Origin: an uncultured Adlercreutzia sp.
Lineage (GTDB): Bacteria; Actinomycetota; Coriobacteriia; Coriobacteriales; Eggerthellaceae
Direction of reading: 5' to 3'
DNA: 64,000 nt
Assembly (NCBI RefSeq): GCF_958431955.1
Contig: NZ_CAUASN010000009.1
Span: 11,645 to 75,644 of the forward strand
The notes below the pieces were generated by a model that worked only from the letters and a program-made list of their open reading frames with translations, was not told where the DNA came from and did not search any database. The translations under genes and the position numbers were made by a program. Shown here piece after piece: positions 1 through 10,049 of the stretch; position 1 is the first letter of the stretch, and every line of letters starts with the position of its first letter.

Positions 1-843
1 GCCGCATTCCACCTCGCAGCCCATGGCCCGCAGCTTCATGATGGCCATGCGGAGAAACGCCGGGTCAATCCCGTGCACGGTGACCGGGCCGCCGGTGAGC
101 GCGCCGCCCACGAGGAAGGTGCCCGCCTCGATGCGGTCGCCCACGCAGGTGTGGTCGCAGGGGTGCAGCGCCGAGAACGGCACGCCCTCGATCTCGATGA
201 GCGAGGTGCCGGCACCCGACACCTTCGCGCCCATGGCGTTGAGCATGTTCGCCAGATCCTCGATCTCCGGCTCGCACGCGGCGTTCTCGATAGCCGTGTG
301 ACCCTCGGCGGTCACGGCGGCCATGAGCATGTTCTCGGTGGCGCCCACCGACGGGAACTCCAGATACACATGGGCGCCGCGCAGCCCGTCGGGCGTGCTG
401 GCGTGCAGCACGCCGTGATCCACGTCGAAGTGCACGCCCAAAGCCTCGAGCCCCACCAGGTGCATGTCGATCTTGCGGGCGCCGATCTGGCAGCCGCCGG
501 GCATGGCCACCCGCGCCTCGCCGAAGCGCCCGATGAGGGGCCCGAGCACGGAAATGGAGGCGCGCATCTTCGAGACGAGCTCGTAGGGGGTCTCGCAGGA
601 ATCCACCGGCGCCGTGTCGATGGTGAGCGTGTGGCCGTCGCGGGTGACCGTGGCGCCCAGGCGCTTGAGCACCTCCCCCATGATCTCGATGTCCGAGATG
701 ACCGGGATGTTGTGCAGGATGGTGGTTCCCTGACCAAGCAGGCTGGCGGCCATGAGCTTGAGCGCGGAGTTCTTGGCGCCGGAGACGGTCACGTCGCCGG
801 AAAGGGCATGGTTGCCCCGAACGATGATGACTTCCTGGTTCAT
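1..843 (-). CDS. murA: UDP-N-acetylglucosamine 1-carboxyvinyltransferase (MurA); the 3' end runs off the window
   Basis: Absent from the ORF track because there is no stop in the window. My reverse-strand translation from ATG 843-841 gives MNQEVIIVRGNHALSGDVTVSGAKNSALKLMAASLLGQGTTILHNIPVISDIEIMGEVLKR, a canonical MurA N-terminus. The other two minus frames are occupied by listed junk ORFs. Confidence 0.85.
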   Translation of the reverse strand, partial: MNQEVIIVRGNHALSGDVTVSGAKNSALKLMAASLLGQGTTILHNIPVISDIEIMGEVLKRLGATVTRDGHTLTIDTAPVDSCETPYELVSKMRASISVLGPLIGRFGEARVAMPGGCQIGARKIDMHLVGLEALGVHFDVDHGVLHASTPDGLRGAHVYLEFPSVGATENMLMAAVTAEGHTAIENAACEPEIEDLANMLNAMGAKVSGAGTSLIEIEGVPFSALHPCDHTCVGDRIEAGTFLVGGALTGGPVTVHGIDPAFLRMAIMKLRAMGCEVECG

Positions 844-910
844 TTCTAGTCCTTTTGCCGGGGCGCCGAAGCGCCCGCAAGTCATGTCGCAAGTTCCTCT
901 AAGTTGCACC

Positions 911-916
911 ATTATA
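911..916 (-). promoter_or_regulatory. -10-like TATAAT upstream of murA
   Basis: The minus strand reads TATAAT right after the tsf terminator T-run, about 68 nt upstream of the murA ATG. There is no convincing -35. Confidence 0.3.
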
Positions 917-947
917 GAAAAAAGGCCGCGCGCAGGCACGGCCTTTC
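917..947 (-). terminator. intrinsic terminator after tsf
   Basis: An 8-bp stem (921-928 aaaggccg pairs with 939-946 cggccttt) has a 10-nt loop. On the minus strand it is followed by ttttttc, about 30 nt past the tsf stop. Confidence 0.8.
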
Positions 948-977
948 AGGTATCGGAATAAAAACTCCAGCGATGGG

Positions 978-1838
978 CTACTCACCCAGGGCGAAGCGCA
1001 CGAAGCCGGTGATCTTGATGGAACCGCCCAGCTCCTTGGCGCACTCGTCGGCGTAGGCGGACACCGTGAGGTCGGGGTTCTTCACGAAGTCCTGCTCGGC
1101 GAGGCAGTTCTCCTTGTAGAACTTGTCCATGCGGCCGAGCGCGATCTTCTCCTGGATGGCCTCGGGCTTGCCGGACTCGGCGGCCTGGGCCTTGTAGATC
1201 TCCATCTCGTGGGCGGCCACGTCGGCGGGCACGTCCTCGCGGGTGGCGGACACCGGGTTCAGGGCAGCCACCTGCATGGCGATGTCGCGACCGCACTTCT
1301 GGAAGCCCTCGGAAGCCGGATCGATGCCCTCGACGGCAAACGTCACGAGCACGCCGATCTTGCCGCCGCCGTGGATGTAGGCGGCCACGGCCGGAGCCTC
1401 CACCACGGCCACGCGGGCCAGCTGAGCGTTCTCGCCCATCACGTGGATGCAGTCGGTCACGACGGCCTCGACGGTCTCGCCGTCGATCTCGGCAGCCTTC
1501 AGCGCCTCCACGTCGGCCGGCTTCGCGGCCAGAGCGGCCTTGGCGATCTTCTCGGCGTAGGCCTTGAACTTCTCGTTCATGCCCACGAAGTCGGTCTCGC
1601 AGTTCAGCTCAACGACGGCGCCGGTGGTGCAGGCGTCGTCCACGATGGCCATGACGGTGCCCTCGTTGGTGGCACGGCCGGCCTTCTTGGCCACGGCGGC
1701 CAGACCGCGGGTGCGCAGCACGTCGACGGCCTTCTCCATGTCGCCCTCGGCCTCGGCCAGGGCCTTCTTGCACTCCATCATGCCCGCGCCGGTCATCTCG
1801 CGGAGCTCCTTCACCATGGAAGCGGTGATATCAGCCAT
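978..1838 (-). CDS. tsf: translation elongation factor Ts
   Basis: Track ORF 978..1949 trimmed to MADITASMVKELREMTGAGMMECKKALAEAEGDMEKAVDVLRTRG (classic EF-Ts UBA-like start). AGGAGG lies just upstream of ATG 1838. Confidence 0.95.
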   Translation of the reverse strand: MADITASMVKELREMTGAGMMECKKALAEAEGDMEKAVDVLRTRGLAAVAKKAGRATNEGTVMAIVDDACTTGAVVELNCETDFVGMNEKFKAYAEKIAKAALAAKPADVEALKAAEIDGETVEAVVTDCIHVMGENAQLARVAVVEAPAVAAYIHGGGKIGVLVTFAVEGIDPASEGFQKCGRDIAMQVAALNPVSATREDVPADVAAHEMEIYKAQAAESGKPEAIQEKIALGRMDKFYKENCLAEQDFVKNPDLTVSAYADECAKELGGSIKITGFVRFALGE

Positions 1839-1869
1839 GAATTCCTCCTTAGGGAATGGGAGAGTTTGC

Positions 1870-2694
1870 TTACTCGGAAACGGCGTCGGCCACCACGTCG
1901 GCGGCAACCTCGGCGCCCGCGCCCTCGGCCACATCGGCAGCGGCCTCAACGGCCACCTCGGCCACGGCGTCGGCGGCAGCGGCCTCGCCGGCCATCTCGG
2001 CGGCGGTCACATCGGCGCCGGTGCCGGCGATCACGGCGTCGGCCATGAAGTCGGCGAGCAGGCGCACGGAGCGGATGGCGTCGTCGTTGGCCGGGATGCC
2101 GTAGTCCACGTCATCGGGGTCGCAGTTGGTGTCCAGGGTACCCACCACGGGGATGTTCAGGCGATGGGCCTCGTGCAGGGCGATGCCCTCGCGGTTGGTG
2201 TCGATCACGAAGATGGCGTCGGGCACCTTCTTCATGTTGCGGATGCCGTTGAGGTTGGTCTGCAGCTTGGCGAGCTCCTTGTGCAGCAGGATCTGCTCCT
2301 TCTTGGGCAGCAGCGCCATGCGGCCGTCGGCGTCCATGGCCTCCAGCTCCTCCATGCGGCGCACACGGGTGCGGATGGTGGCGAAGTTGGTGAGCATGCC
2401 GCCGAGCCAGCGGGCGTTCACGTAGGGCATGCCGCAGCGGTTGGCGGCCTCGGACACGGCCTCCTGGGCCTGCTTCTTGGTGCCCACGAACAGCACCGTG
2501 CCGCCCTTGCGGGTCAGGTTGCTCACGAAGGTGTAGGCGGAATCGAGCCCGTAGAGGGTCTGCTTCAGGTCGATGATGTAGATATCCCCGCGGCTGCCGA
2601 AGATATACGGCTTCATCTTGGGGTTCCAGCGGCGGGTCTGATGCCCGAAATGCGCGCCGGCATCGAGCAGCGTGGTAATGCTGACTTTCGTCAT
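1870..2694 (-). CDS. rpsB: 30S ribosomal protein S2 with an Ala/Glu/Val-rich C-terminal tail
   Basis: Track ORF 1870..2808 trimmed to [33 protein letters not shown] (S2 signature). It forms the conserved rpsB-tsf pair. Confidence 0.95.
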   Translation of the reverse strand: MTKVSITTLLDAGAHFGHQTRRWNPKMKPYIFGSRGDIYIIDLKQTLYGLDSAYTFVSNLTRKGGTVLFVGTKKQAQEAVSEAANRCGMPYVNARWLGGMLTNFATIRTRVRRMEELEAMDADGRMALLPKKEQILLHKELAKLQTNLNGIRNMKKVPDAIFVIDTNREGIALHEAHRLNIPVVGTLDTNCDPDDVDYGIPANDDAIRSVRLLADFMADAVIAGTGADVTAAEMAGEAAAADAVAEVAVEAAADVAEGAGAEVAADVVADAVSE

Positions 2695-2837
2695 GTTCAC
2701 TCCATTCGTTAGTCCTCTGCCCGAGGTCATCCCAGCGTACCGCAGCCTTTTTCCGGTGGCCACTCGCGGTGCCGGTCGCCCGAGCATGTGTGATAGTTGC
2801 CGCTGCATCTTACGACCCTCGCAGACACAGCCTGTCT

Positions 2838-2865
2838 AAAATAGCACAATCCCCCGCAAGTGCAA
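2838..2865 (-). promoter_or_regulatory. candidate rpsB-tsf promoter
   Basis: The minus strand has TTGCAC (2865-2860), a 16-nt spacer and TATTTT (2843-2838), about 140 nt upstream of the rpsB ATG. Confidence 0.4.
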
Positions 2866-2957
2866 GGGATTGCGCAAAGAAAGCGGGAAACACGGGCTAC
2901 CGTACAAGCGGGCCGCCCTCAAATGGCGTGCCGCGACACGGCCAGCCGAAGAGTCCC

Positions 2958-4979
2958 CTACTTGTACTGGCTCTCGTGCTTGCGGAAGAAGTCGAAGCGC
3001 GGGGGCAGCTCGTGGACGCGGTGGACGCCGGCGTCGATCTCGATGGCCGGGCACAGCTCGTCGTTAGAGTCGAAGTCGTAGTTCCAGCTGAAGAAGTCGG
3101 CGAAGTCGAAGCTCAGGTAGTCGCAGATCTTCTCGCAGCCCGCCGGCACGATGGGGTGCATGAGCAGGCAGGCCACGCGCAGCAGGTAGAACGAGTCGGC
3201 GAGCACCTGGCGGCGCGCCGCGTCGTCATCGGCGACCTCGGCCGCCTTGATGCCATCGGCCCACCACTTGTTCGCCCAGCGGATGAACTCGTCGCACACC
3301 GACATCACGCGGTGCAGCTCCACCTTGTGCATGCGCTCCTCGTAATCGCGCAACGCCTCGAAGGCCCGACGGCGCACCTCGGGCGTCACGGCTCCCAGGG
3401 GCATGCAGCCGTCGAAGTTCTTGCCGGCCTCGTAGAAGCAGCTGCGGGCCAGGCGGTTGAACACGTTGGTGAGCAGCGCGCCCTCCTTGAGCACCGGGTC
3501 GGCCACGCGCGGGTCGTCGCGCTTGGCCGGGTCAGGGTCGAAGGGCTTCGGCGAGAAGCCGACCGATTTCTGATCGAGCCCGAGGGCCAAGAAGTGCGCG
3601 CGCAGCTGCTCGGGGGTGTAGTGCTCCAGCAGCTGCTCGCCGGTGGGCGGCTTCACCGCACCCGACGAGGAGGCCTTCTTCTTGCCGAACAGCATATGGT
3701 GGTTGGCGATGAGCGTGGTCTGGCGCATCTGCGAGTCGGGGCCCTCCTCGAACAGGCCGCCCGGGCGCAGCGCCTCCCACAAGGCCGGCTGGGCCACACC
3801 GTAGAAGTACAGGTTGTCCTGGCCGATGAACTGGTACACGCGCGCATCGTCGGAGCACCAGAAGTCGCGCCAGCTCGTGCGCGGCAGCCCCCGCTCGTCG
3901 TTCACCGTGATGGTGAACGAGATGGGCGCCCAGAGAGACTCGGGCCAGCACCACACGGTGAGCCCCTCCACGTCGTCGATCACCGGGGCGCGCACGCCCC
4001 ACTCGATGTTTCCGGTGATGCGGAAGGGCACGAGGGTCTTGGAGGTACGGAACCGAATGCCGGCGGCGGCCAGGGCCGCGCGGGCCTCGTCGCGCTCGCC
4101 GATGGTGGCGAACTCGATCTCGAAGGACTGCTTGCCCTTCTCGGCGTCGCGATACGTATGGGGCGGCAGCGTGGCGGCCAGGGCCTCATAATCGGCCGCG
4201 TGCTCGTTCTTCACGAAGATGACCGGGGGCGCCAGAAACTCGTCGATGGCCTTCACCACCACGGGGCGCACCTCGGGATCGGCCTTCAGCTGCTCCACGT
4301 AGTCCTTGAGGAAGCCCTCGAAGCCGGGCAGATCGAAGTACCAGTTCTCCACCGGGCGCATCTCGGGCGTGGCGCCCGTGAGCGTGGACACCGGCGCGAT
4401 GAGGTCGGCCGGCGCGTACTGGTGGCCTAAATCGCACTCGTCGGCGTAGGCGTGCTCGGACTTGCAGCCCTGCACGGGACAGCGCCCCTGCACCTGGCGG
4501 CCGTTCAGGAAGGTGGCCGCCTCGGCGTCGTAGAACTGCAGGGTGGAATCGAGCTTCAAATGCCCGCTCTCGTGCAGACGCTCGATGAACTGGTCGGTGA
4601 TCACCTGGTGCACGTCGCCCGCGTGCCCGATGCCGCTGCCCTCGTAGATGTCCAGGCTCACCTGGAACGCCTCGAGCGTGGCCTTCTGGCGCTCGTGGTT
4701 CGCGAGCACGTAGTCGGCGATGGTGCCCGAGAACTCGCCGGCCTCCACGAGCTTGCGGTATCCCTCGTTGATGGGGCTGCCGAAGCAGTCGGTGCCCGAG
4801 ACGAAGCGCACGTTCTCGGCGCCGATGCGGTCGCGCAAAAAGCGGGCGAAGGCGTCGGCCGGCACGAACACGCCGCCGATGTGCCCGAAGTGCAGGGGCT
4901 TGTTGCCGTAGGGCATGCCCGCCGTCACCACGGCGCGGGCCGGCCACGTCACCCGGGGTCTGCTATTCAAGTCCGCCAC
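2958..4979 (-). CDS. metG: methionine--tRNA ligase
   Basis: 673-aa ORF with the class-I HIGH motif (PLHFGHIGG), a Cys knuckle (GRCPVQGCKSEHAYADECDLGH) typical of MetRS, and a KMSKS-like FGKKKASSSG. Confidence 0.85.
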   Translation of the reverse strand: MADLNSRPRVTWPARAVVTAGMPYGNKPLHFGHIGGVFVPADAFARFLRDRIGAENVRFVSGTDCFGSPINEGYRKLVEAGEFSGTIADYVLANHERQKATLEAFQVSLDIYEGSGIGHAGDVHQVITDQFIERLHESGHLKLDSTLQFYDAEAATFLNGRQVQGRCPVQGCKSEHAYADECDLGHQYAPADLIAPVSTLTGATPEMRPVENWYFDLPGFEGFLKDYVEQLKADPEVRPVVVKAIDEFLAPPVIFVKNEHAADYEALAATLPPHTYRDAEKGKQSFEIEFATIGERDEARAALAAAGIRFRTSKTLVPFRITGNIEWGVRAPVIDDVEGLTVWCWPESLWAPISFTITVNDERGLPRTSWRDFWCSDDARVYQFIGQDNLYFYGVAQPALWEALRPGGLFEEGPDSQMRQTTLIANHHMLFGKKKASSSGAVKPPTGEQLLEHYTPEQLRAHFLALGLDQKSVGFSPKPFDPDPAKRDDPRVADPVLKEGALLTNVFNRLARSCFYEAGKNFDGCMPLGAVTPEVRRRAFEALRDYEERMHKVELHRVMSVCDEFIRWANKWWADGIKAAEVADDDAARRQVLADSFYLLRVACLLMHPIVPAGCEKICDYLSFDFADFFSWNYDFDSNDELCPAIEIDAGVHRVHELPPRFDFFRKHESQYK

Positions 4980-6063
4980 GGTTCTCCAACTCCTTCAGGG
5001 CCTGGGTCAACTCGTCCTCCCTCGTCTCGCCCATGATATCCAGCAGGCGCGACAGATCGCTCGTGGACGACTGCATGTACACGGTATCCGCATCGGGAAC
5101 GCCCGCCAGCTCGCAGGCCTTCGCCACGGCCATCTCCAAGGTGCCGATCTCGTCCACCAGGCCGTTCTCCACCCCGTCGATGCCGGTGAAGGTGAGCCCC
5201 GTGGCCAAAGCGCGCACCTCGTCCTCGGTCATGCCGCGCCCCTCGGCCACCGTCTTGATGAACACGTCGTTGATCTGGTCCACCTGGGCCTGGAAGTAGG
5301 CGCGCTCCTCCTCGGTGAGGGGGCGGGTGCCCTGGCTCGAGTCCTTCGAGTCGGCCGAGGTGATGTTGTCCACCGAGATGCCGAGCTTCTCGTAGAGGCC
5401 CGACAGGTCGGTCACCTGCATGATGACGCCGATGGAGCCCACCGCCGAGGTCTGCGCGGCGAAGATGTAGTCGGCCTGGGAGGAGATCATGTAGGCGGCG
5501 CTCGCGTCCATGGAGGCGCAGGACACCACCACGGGCTTGGGGAAGTCGCGCACATACCGGCTCATCTCCTCGCCGGCCGTGGCCACCCCTCCCCCGGAAT
5601 CGACCCGCAGCACCACGGCCTTGATATGCGGGTTCGCCGCGGCGGCATCCAGCTGGGCGGCCAGGCCCTCGGGGCTCGACGTGGTGCCGTCGTACTGGAT
5701 GGTGCCGTCGATGTTGATGATGCCCACGGTATCGCCCGTGACCGTATCGGCCCACGAGGGCGACTCGTAGGAGAACGCGCCCATGGAGGAAGTCATCACC
5801 GCCGTGCACGAGGTGATGGATGCCACGCCCAGGATGAAGAACGCGAGCACGGCGGCAAGGCCCACGATCCAGCCGCGCCGCTTGGGCGCCGGCACCGGGG
5901 CCGTCGGGGCCGCGTAGGTCGGCTGCGGTGTCGCGTAGGCGGCCTGGGTCGGGGGCTGGGCGGTGTACCCGGCGGGCGCGCCGACGCCGGCCGAGGGCTG
6001 CGGCTGGCCCTGGGGCTGCCCGGTGCCCCAGGCGCTGTTCTGCCACTGGTTCTGATCGGTCAT
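4963..6063 (-). CDS. sppA: signal peptide peptidase SppA (S49, 36K type)
   Basis: It has a Q/P-rich N-terminus, one TM (GWIVGLAAVLAFFILGVASI), then VVLRVDSGGGVATAGEEM and ASMDASAAYMISSQADYIFAAQTSAVGSIGV (S49 catalytic Ser region). It overlaps the metG start by 17 nt. Confidence 0.85.
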   Translation of the reverse strand: MTDQNQWQNSAWGTGQPQGQPQPSAGVGAPAGYTAQPPTQAAYATPQPTYAAPTAPVPAPKRRGWIVGLAAVLAFFILGVASITSCTAVMTSSMGAFSYESPSWADTVTGDTVGIINIDGTIQYDGTTSSPEGLAAQLDAAAANPHIKAVVLRVDSGGGVATAGEEMSRYVRDFPKPVVVSCASMDASAAYMISSQADYIFAAQTSAVGSIGVIMQVTDLSGLYEKLGISVDNITSADSKDSSQGTRPLTEEERAYFQAQVDQINDVFIKTVAEGRGMTEDEVRALATGLTFTGIDGVENGLVDEIGTLEMAVAKACELAGVPDADTVYMQSSTSDLSRLLDIMGETREDELTQALKELENRGGLE

Positions 6064-6081
6064 GGAGTGAACCCGTTTCCT

Positions 6082-8016
6082 TTACAGCTCGAAGTTGTCG
6101 TCGGAGCGGCCCTGCTGGGTCTGGGCCTTCTTCGCCGTGCGGATGAGGAACTCCTGGTTGGAGTTCGTCTGCTTCAGCGACTTGATGAGCATGTCCATGG
6201 CGCGCTCGGTGGAGTTCGTGTTCGACAGGATGCGGCGCACGGCCCAGATGAGCGGCGCCTCCTGGCCCTCCAGCAGCAGCTCCTCCTTGCGGGTGCCCGA
6301 GGAGATGGGGTCGATGGCCGGGAAGATGCGGCGGTCGGCCAGGTTGCGGTCGAGCTTGAGCTCCATGTTGCCGGTGCCCTTGAACTCCTCGAAGATCACC
6401 TCGTCCATCTTCGAGCCCGTCTCGATGAGGGCCGAGGCCAGAATGGTGAGGCTGCCGCCGTTCTCGATGTTGCGGGCGGCGCCGAGGAAGCGCTTGGGCG
6501 GGTAGAGCGCCGTGGAGTCCACGCCGCCGGACAGGATGCGGCCGCTCGCGGGCTGCGCCAGGTTGTAGGCGCGGGCCAGGCGGGTGATGGAATCCAGCAG
6601 GATGACCACGTCCTTGCCCTCCTCCACCAAGCGCTTCGCCCGCTCGATGACGAGCTCGGCCACCTGGATGTGGTTCTCGGAGGGCATGTCGAAGGTGGAG
6701 GAAACCACCTCGCCGCGAATGGAGCGCTCCATGTCGGTGGCCTCCTCGGGACGCTCGTCGATGCCCAGGTACATGAGGTGCACCTCGGGGTTGTTGGCGG
6801 TGATGGCCGCGGCGATGTCCTTCAAAACCGTGGTCTTGCCGGCCTTCGGCGGCGACACGATAAGGCCGCGCTGGCCCTTGCCGATGGGCGCCGTCAGGTC
6901 GATGACGCGGGCCGTGGTGGTGTTCTTGCCGTGCTCCATCCACAGGCGCTCGTCGGGGAAGATGGGCGTGAGCTCGGAGAACTTCGGGCGCAGGGCCATA
7001 AGCTCCGGCGCGCGGCCGTTCACGGCGGTCACCTTCTGCAGGGCGGCGAACTTGTCGTTGGGACGCGCCGGGCGGGTGATGCCGGACACCATGTCGCCCT
7101 TGCGCAGGCCGTTCTTGCGGATGGTGGCGAGCCCCACGTAGATGTCGTTCTCGCCGGGCAGGTAGCCGGAAGTGCGCAGGAAGCCGTAGCCGTCGCCCAT
7201 GATGTCGAGCACGCCGGTGACCTCGGTGAAACCCTCGGCCTTGCAGGTGGCCTCGTACACCGCGTCCACGAGCTCGGCCTTCTTCAGGCTCGCGCCGTCG
7301 ACGCCCAGCTCGGCCGCCTTCGCGCGCAGATCGGCCACCTTGAGCTCGGCCAGCTCTTCCTTGGTCACGGAAGGCTGCGGCTCGCGGTTGCGGTTCTCGT
7401 GGCGCTGGCGGCGGTTGTTGCGGTCGTGGTTGTTCTGGCTGTTCTTCTTGCCGTTGCCCTGGCCGTTCTTGCCCTGGCCGCCGTTCTGGTTGCTCTGGCC
7501 GTTCTGGCGGCGCTGCTCGGCGCGGGAGTCGCCCTCGCCGCGGGTGTGCTTGCGCACGACGGCGGTGCGGTTCTGGCCCTTCTTCGAGGCGCCCTCGCCG
7601 GCCTCCTCGGCCTTGGCCGCCTCTCCGCTCTTCACATCATCGGCCGCAGGGGCCTCGGTGCCCTCGGCATCAGCGGCCTTCTTGCGCGGGCGGCCCCGAC
7701 GGGGCTTCTCGGCCTCATCTGCGGAATCCCCCGCGGCCTCTGCCGGTGCCGCAATCTCGGCGTCGGCCTTCTTGCGGGTGCGCCGGGGTTTGGGGGCCTC
7801 GGCATCGGCCGCGGGAACGGCCTCGGCCTCAGCAGCATCGGCCTTGGCCGTGCGGCGGCGCGTCGTCTTCTTCGCCGGCGCCTCGGACGCTTCAGCCGCG
7901 CCCTCGGCAGCCGCCTCATCGGCGGCCTTCTTGCGCGGACGGCCGCGGCGGGGCTTCTCGGCCGACGCCTCCAGGGCGTCGGCAATGGTCATCTGGTTCT
8001 CCTCGGCCTCACTCAT
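6082..8016 (-). CDS. rho: transcription termination factor Rho with a ~220-aa low-complexity N-terminal extension
   Basis: The core runs from about residue 221: LAELKVADLRAKAAELGV, GVLDIMGDGYGFLR, Walker A GQRGLIVSPPKAGKTTVL. The extension is rich in A/E/K/R and N/Q. Confidence 0.95.
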   Translation of the reverse strand: MSEAEENQMTIADALEASAEKPRRGRPRKKAADEAAAEGAAEASEAPAKKTTRRRTAKADAAEAEAVPAADAEAPKPRRTRKKADAEIAAPAEAAGDSADEAEKPRRGRPRKKAADAEGTEAPAADDVKSGEAAKAEEAGEGASKKGQNRTAVVRKHTRGEGDSRAEQRRQNGQSNQNGGQGKNGQGNGKKNSQNNHDRNNRRQRHENRNREPQPSVTKEELAELKVADLRAKAAELGVDGASLKKAELVDAVYEATCKAEGFTEVTGVLDIMGDGYGFLRTSGYLPGENDIYVGLATIRKNGLRKGDMVSGITRPARPNDKFAALQKVTAVNGRAPELMALRPKFSELTPIFPDERLWMEHGKNTTTARVIDLTAPIGKGQRGLIVSPPKAGKTTVLKDIAAAITANNPEVHLMYLGIDERPEEATDMERSIRGEVVSSTFDMPSENHIQVAELVIERAKRLVEEGKDVVILLDSITRLARAYNLAQPASGRILSGGVDSTALYPPKRFLGAARNIENGGSLTILASALIETGSKMDEVIFEEFKGTGNMELKLDRNLADRRIFPAIDPISSGTRKEELLLEGQEAPLIWAVRRILSNTNSTERAMDMLIKSLKQTNSNQEFLIRTAKKAQTQQGRSDDNFEL

Positions 8017-8705
8017 GCGTTCTGAACCTTCTCCCAGTCCTTAAGGAACGACTCCAGGCCGCGATCGGTCAGCGGGTGGGACACGCACTTCTTCAGGATG
8101 CCGAAGGGCACCGTGGCGATGTCGGCGCCCATGAGCGCCGCCTGGGTCACATGGTTGGCGCTGCGGATGGAGGCGGCGATGATCTCGATCTTCTCGCCGT
8201 TGACGGTATCGGCCGCGAAATCGTAGTTGCCGATGGCGGTCACCACGTCCTCGAGCTGGGCCAGGCCGTCCTCGGAGATGTCGTCGAAGCGGCCCACGAA
8301 CGGCGAGATGTAGCGGGCGCCGGCACGGGCGGCCAAAATGGCCTGGGGCACGGTAAAGCAGAGCGTCATGTTCACCGGAATGCCCTCGTCGGCCAGCGCG
8401 CGCGTGGCGGCCAGGCCCTCCACCATGGTGGGGATCTTCACCACGACGTTGGGGGCGATCTTCGCCAGCTCGCGGCCGTCGCGCACGATCTCGTCGCGGG
8501 TCATGGCCACGGACTCGGCGGACACCGGGCAGTCCGGCCCCACGATGTCACAGATGCGCTTGATGTGGTTATGGAAGTCGTCCAGCTTGCCGCCGATGCG
8601 CGAGTACAGCGTCGGGTTGGTGGTCACGCCCGCGAGCGCGCCCCAGCTGGCGGCTTCCTCGATCTCGGCGAGATCGGCCGTATCCAGGAAAAACTTCACG
8701 TTCAT
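8013..8705 (-). CDS. transaldolase / fructose-6-phosphate aldolase family (short type 3B)
   Basis: MNVKFFLDTADLAEIEEAASWGALAGVTTNPTLY ... VVVKIPTMVEGL is the typical short transaldolase/FSA pattern. AAGGAGG precedes the ATG. Its TGA overlaps the rho ATG (ATGA). Confidence 0.85.
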   Translation of the reverse strand: MNVKFFLDTADLAEIEEAASWGALAGVTTNPTLYSRIGGKLDDFHNHIKRICDIVGPDCPVSAESVAMTRDEIVRDGRELAKIAPNVVVKIPTMVEGLAATRALADEGIPVNMTLCFTVPQAILAARAGARYISPFVGRFDDISEDGLAQLEDVVTAIGNYDFAADTVNGEKIEIIAASIRSANHVTQAALMGADIATVPFGILKKCVSHPLTDRGLESFLKDWEKVQNA

Positions 8706-8951
8706 CCTCCTTCTTGAGGTTTACAGACATATGGGGATCGGCATCCGAACCGAAGGCGGTACGCACCGAAAAGCCCAGTCCGCGAGAACGTTGAGAGATA
8801 GGATACGGAAAAGGGGGAATGAAAACGAGGTGCACGCCTCTGATGCAAGTTCAGAGCTGGAATCATAGTAGCGCAACTTTTCCCGCCGTACAAGAAAAAC
8901 CAGCGAGCGCGCGTAATTTCCGCTATCCGCGAGGGTTTCGGAGAAGGCGCC

Positions 8952-9275
8952 TCACTCCCCCGTAAGCGAGCGGTAGAAGCAGGTGCGCGCGCCGGTGTGG
9001 CAGGCGGGCCCGGCCGGATGCACGAGGGCCAGCAGCGTGTCGGCGTCGCAGTCGTAGCGCAGATCCACGAGCTTTTGGGTGTTGCCGCTCGTCGCGCCCT
9101 TGTGCCACAGCTCGCGCCGGCTGCGGGACCAGAACACGGTCTCGCCGCGCTCCAGGGTAAGCGCGAGCGATTCGGCGTTCATCCACGCCATCATGAGCAC
9201 CTCGCCCGTATCGGCATCCTGCACGATGCAGGGAATGAGCCCCGCCTCGTTGTATTTCAGTTCGGGAAGATTCAC
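8952..9275 (-). CDS. hisI: phosphoribosyl-AMP cyclohydrolase
   Basis: [55 protein letters not shown] ... [11 protein letters not shown] start 9275 with GGAGGAG upstream. At 107 aa it has no fused HisE domain. Confidence 0.9.
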   Translation of the reverse strand: MNLPELKYNEAGLIPCIVQDADTGEVLMMAWMNAESLALTLERGETVFWSRSRRELWHKGATSGNTQKLVDLRYDCDADTLLALVHPAGPACHTGARTCFYRSLTGE

Positions 9276-9284
9276 AGGCTCCTC

Positions 9285-10049
9285 CTACAGGCGCACGGGA
9301 ATGCCCGCAGCGCGCATGGACTCCTTCACCTGGCGCACGGTGAGCTCGCCGAAATGGAAGACGCTCGCGGCGAGCACCGCGTCGGCCTCGCCCTCGATGA
9401 TGCCCTCGGCGAAGTGCTCCAGCTTGCCCACGCCGCCGCTCGCGATGACCGGGATGTCCACGGCCCGGGCCACGCTGCGCGTGAGATGGCAGTCGAAGCC
9501 GTCGCGGCTGCCGTCGCGGTCCATGCTCGTGAGCAGGATCTCCCCCGCGCCGCGCCGGGCCGCCTCGCGCGCCCAGTCCACCACATCGATACCGGTGTTC
9601 TTGCGGCCGCCGGCCACGTAGACCTCCCACTTGTTGGGGTTGCCCGCCACCGCCTTCGCGTCGATGGCCACCACGACGGCCTGGGTGCCGAAGGCCCGGG
9701 CCGCCTCCTCGATGAGCGCCGGGTTGGCCACGGCCGCCGAGTTCACCGACACCTTGTCGGCGCCGGCGGCGATCATGCGGCGGATATCGGCCACGCTGCG
9801 GAAGCCTCCGCCCACGCAGTAGGGCAAATGCAGCTCGGCCGAGGCATGGCTCGCGAGTTCCACCGTGGTGGCCCTATCGTCGCTCGTGGCCGTGATGTCC
9901 AAGAAGATGACCTCGTCGGCCTTCTGCTCGTCGTAGGCCCGCGCGAGCTCGATGGGATCGCCCGCATCGCGCAGGCCCACGAAGTTCACGCCCTTCACCA
10001 CGCGCCCGTCCTTCACGTCCAGGCAAGGTATCACTCGTTTTGTCAGCAT
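9285..10049 (-). CDS. hisF: imidazole glycerol phosphate synthase, cyclase subunit
   Basis: [32 protein letters not shown] ... ASGGVG. Track ORF trimmed to ATG 10049. Confidence 0.95.
   Translation of the reverse strand: MLTKRVIPCLDVKDGRVVKGVNFVGLRDAGDPIELARAYDEQKADEVIFLDITATSDDRATTVELASHASAELHLPYCVGGGFRSVADIRRMIAAGADKVSVNSAAVANPALIEEAARAFGTQAVVVAIDAKAVAGNPNKWEVYVAGGRKNTGIDVVDWAREAARRGAGEILLTSMDRDGSRDGFDCHLTRSVARAVDIPVIASGGVGKLEHFAEGIIEGEADAVLAASVFHFGELTVRQVKESMRAAGIPVRL

Noticed and set aside
4915-8025. 1036-aa plus-strand ORF, one of the longest in the track
   Set aside because: It lies antisense to sppA and rho, which have unambiguous motifs. Its translation is R/G/A/H/L low-complexity with no motif. 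Long antisense ORFs are expected at this GC content because stop codons are rare.
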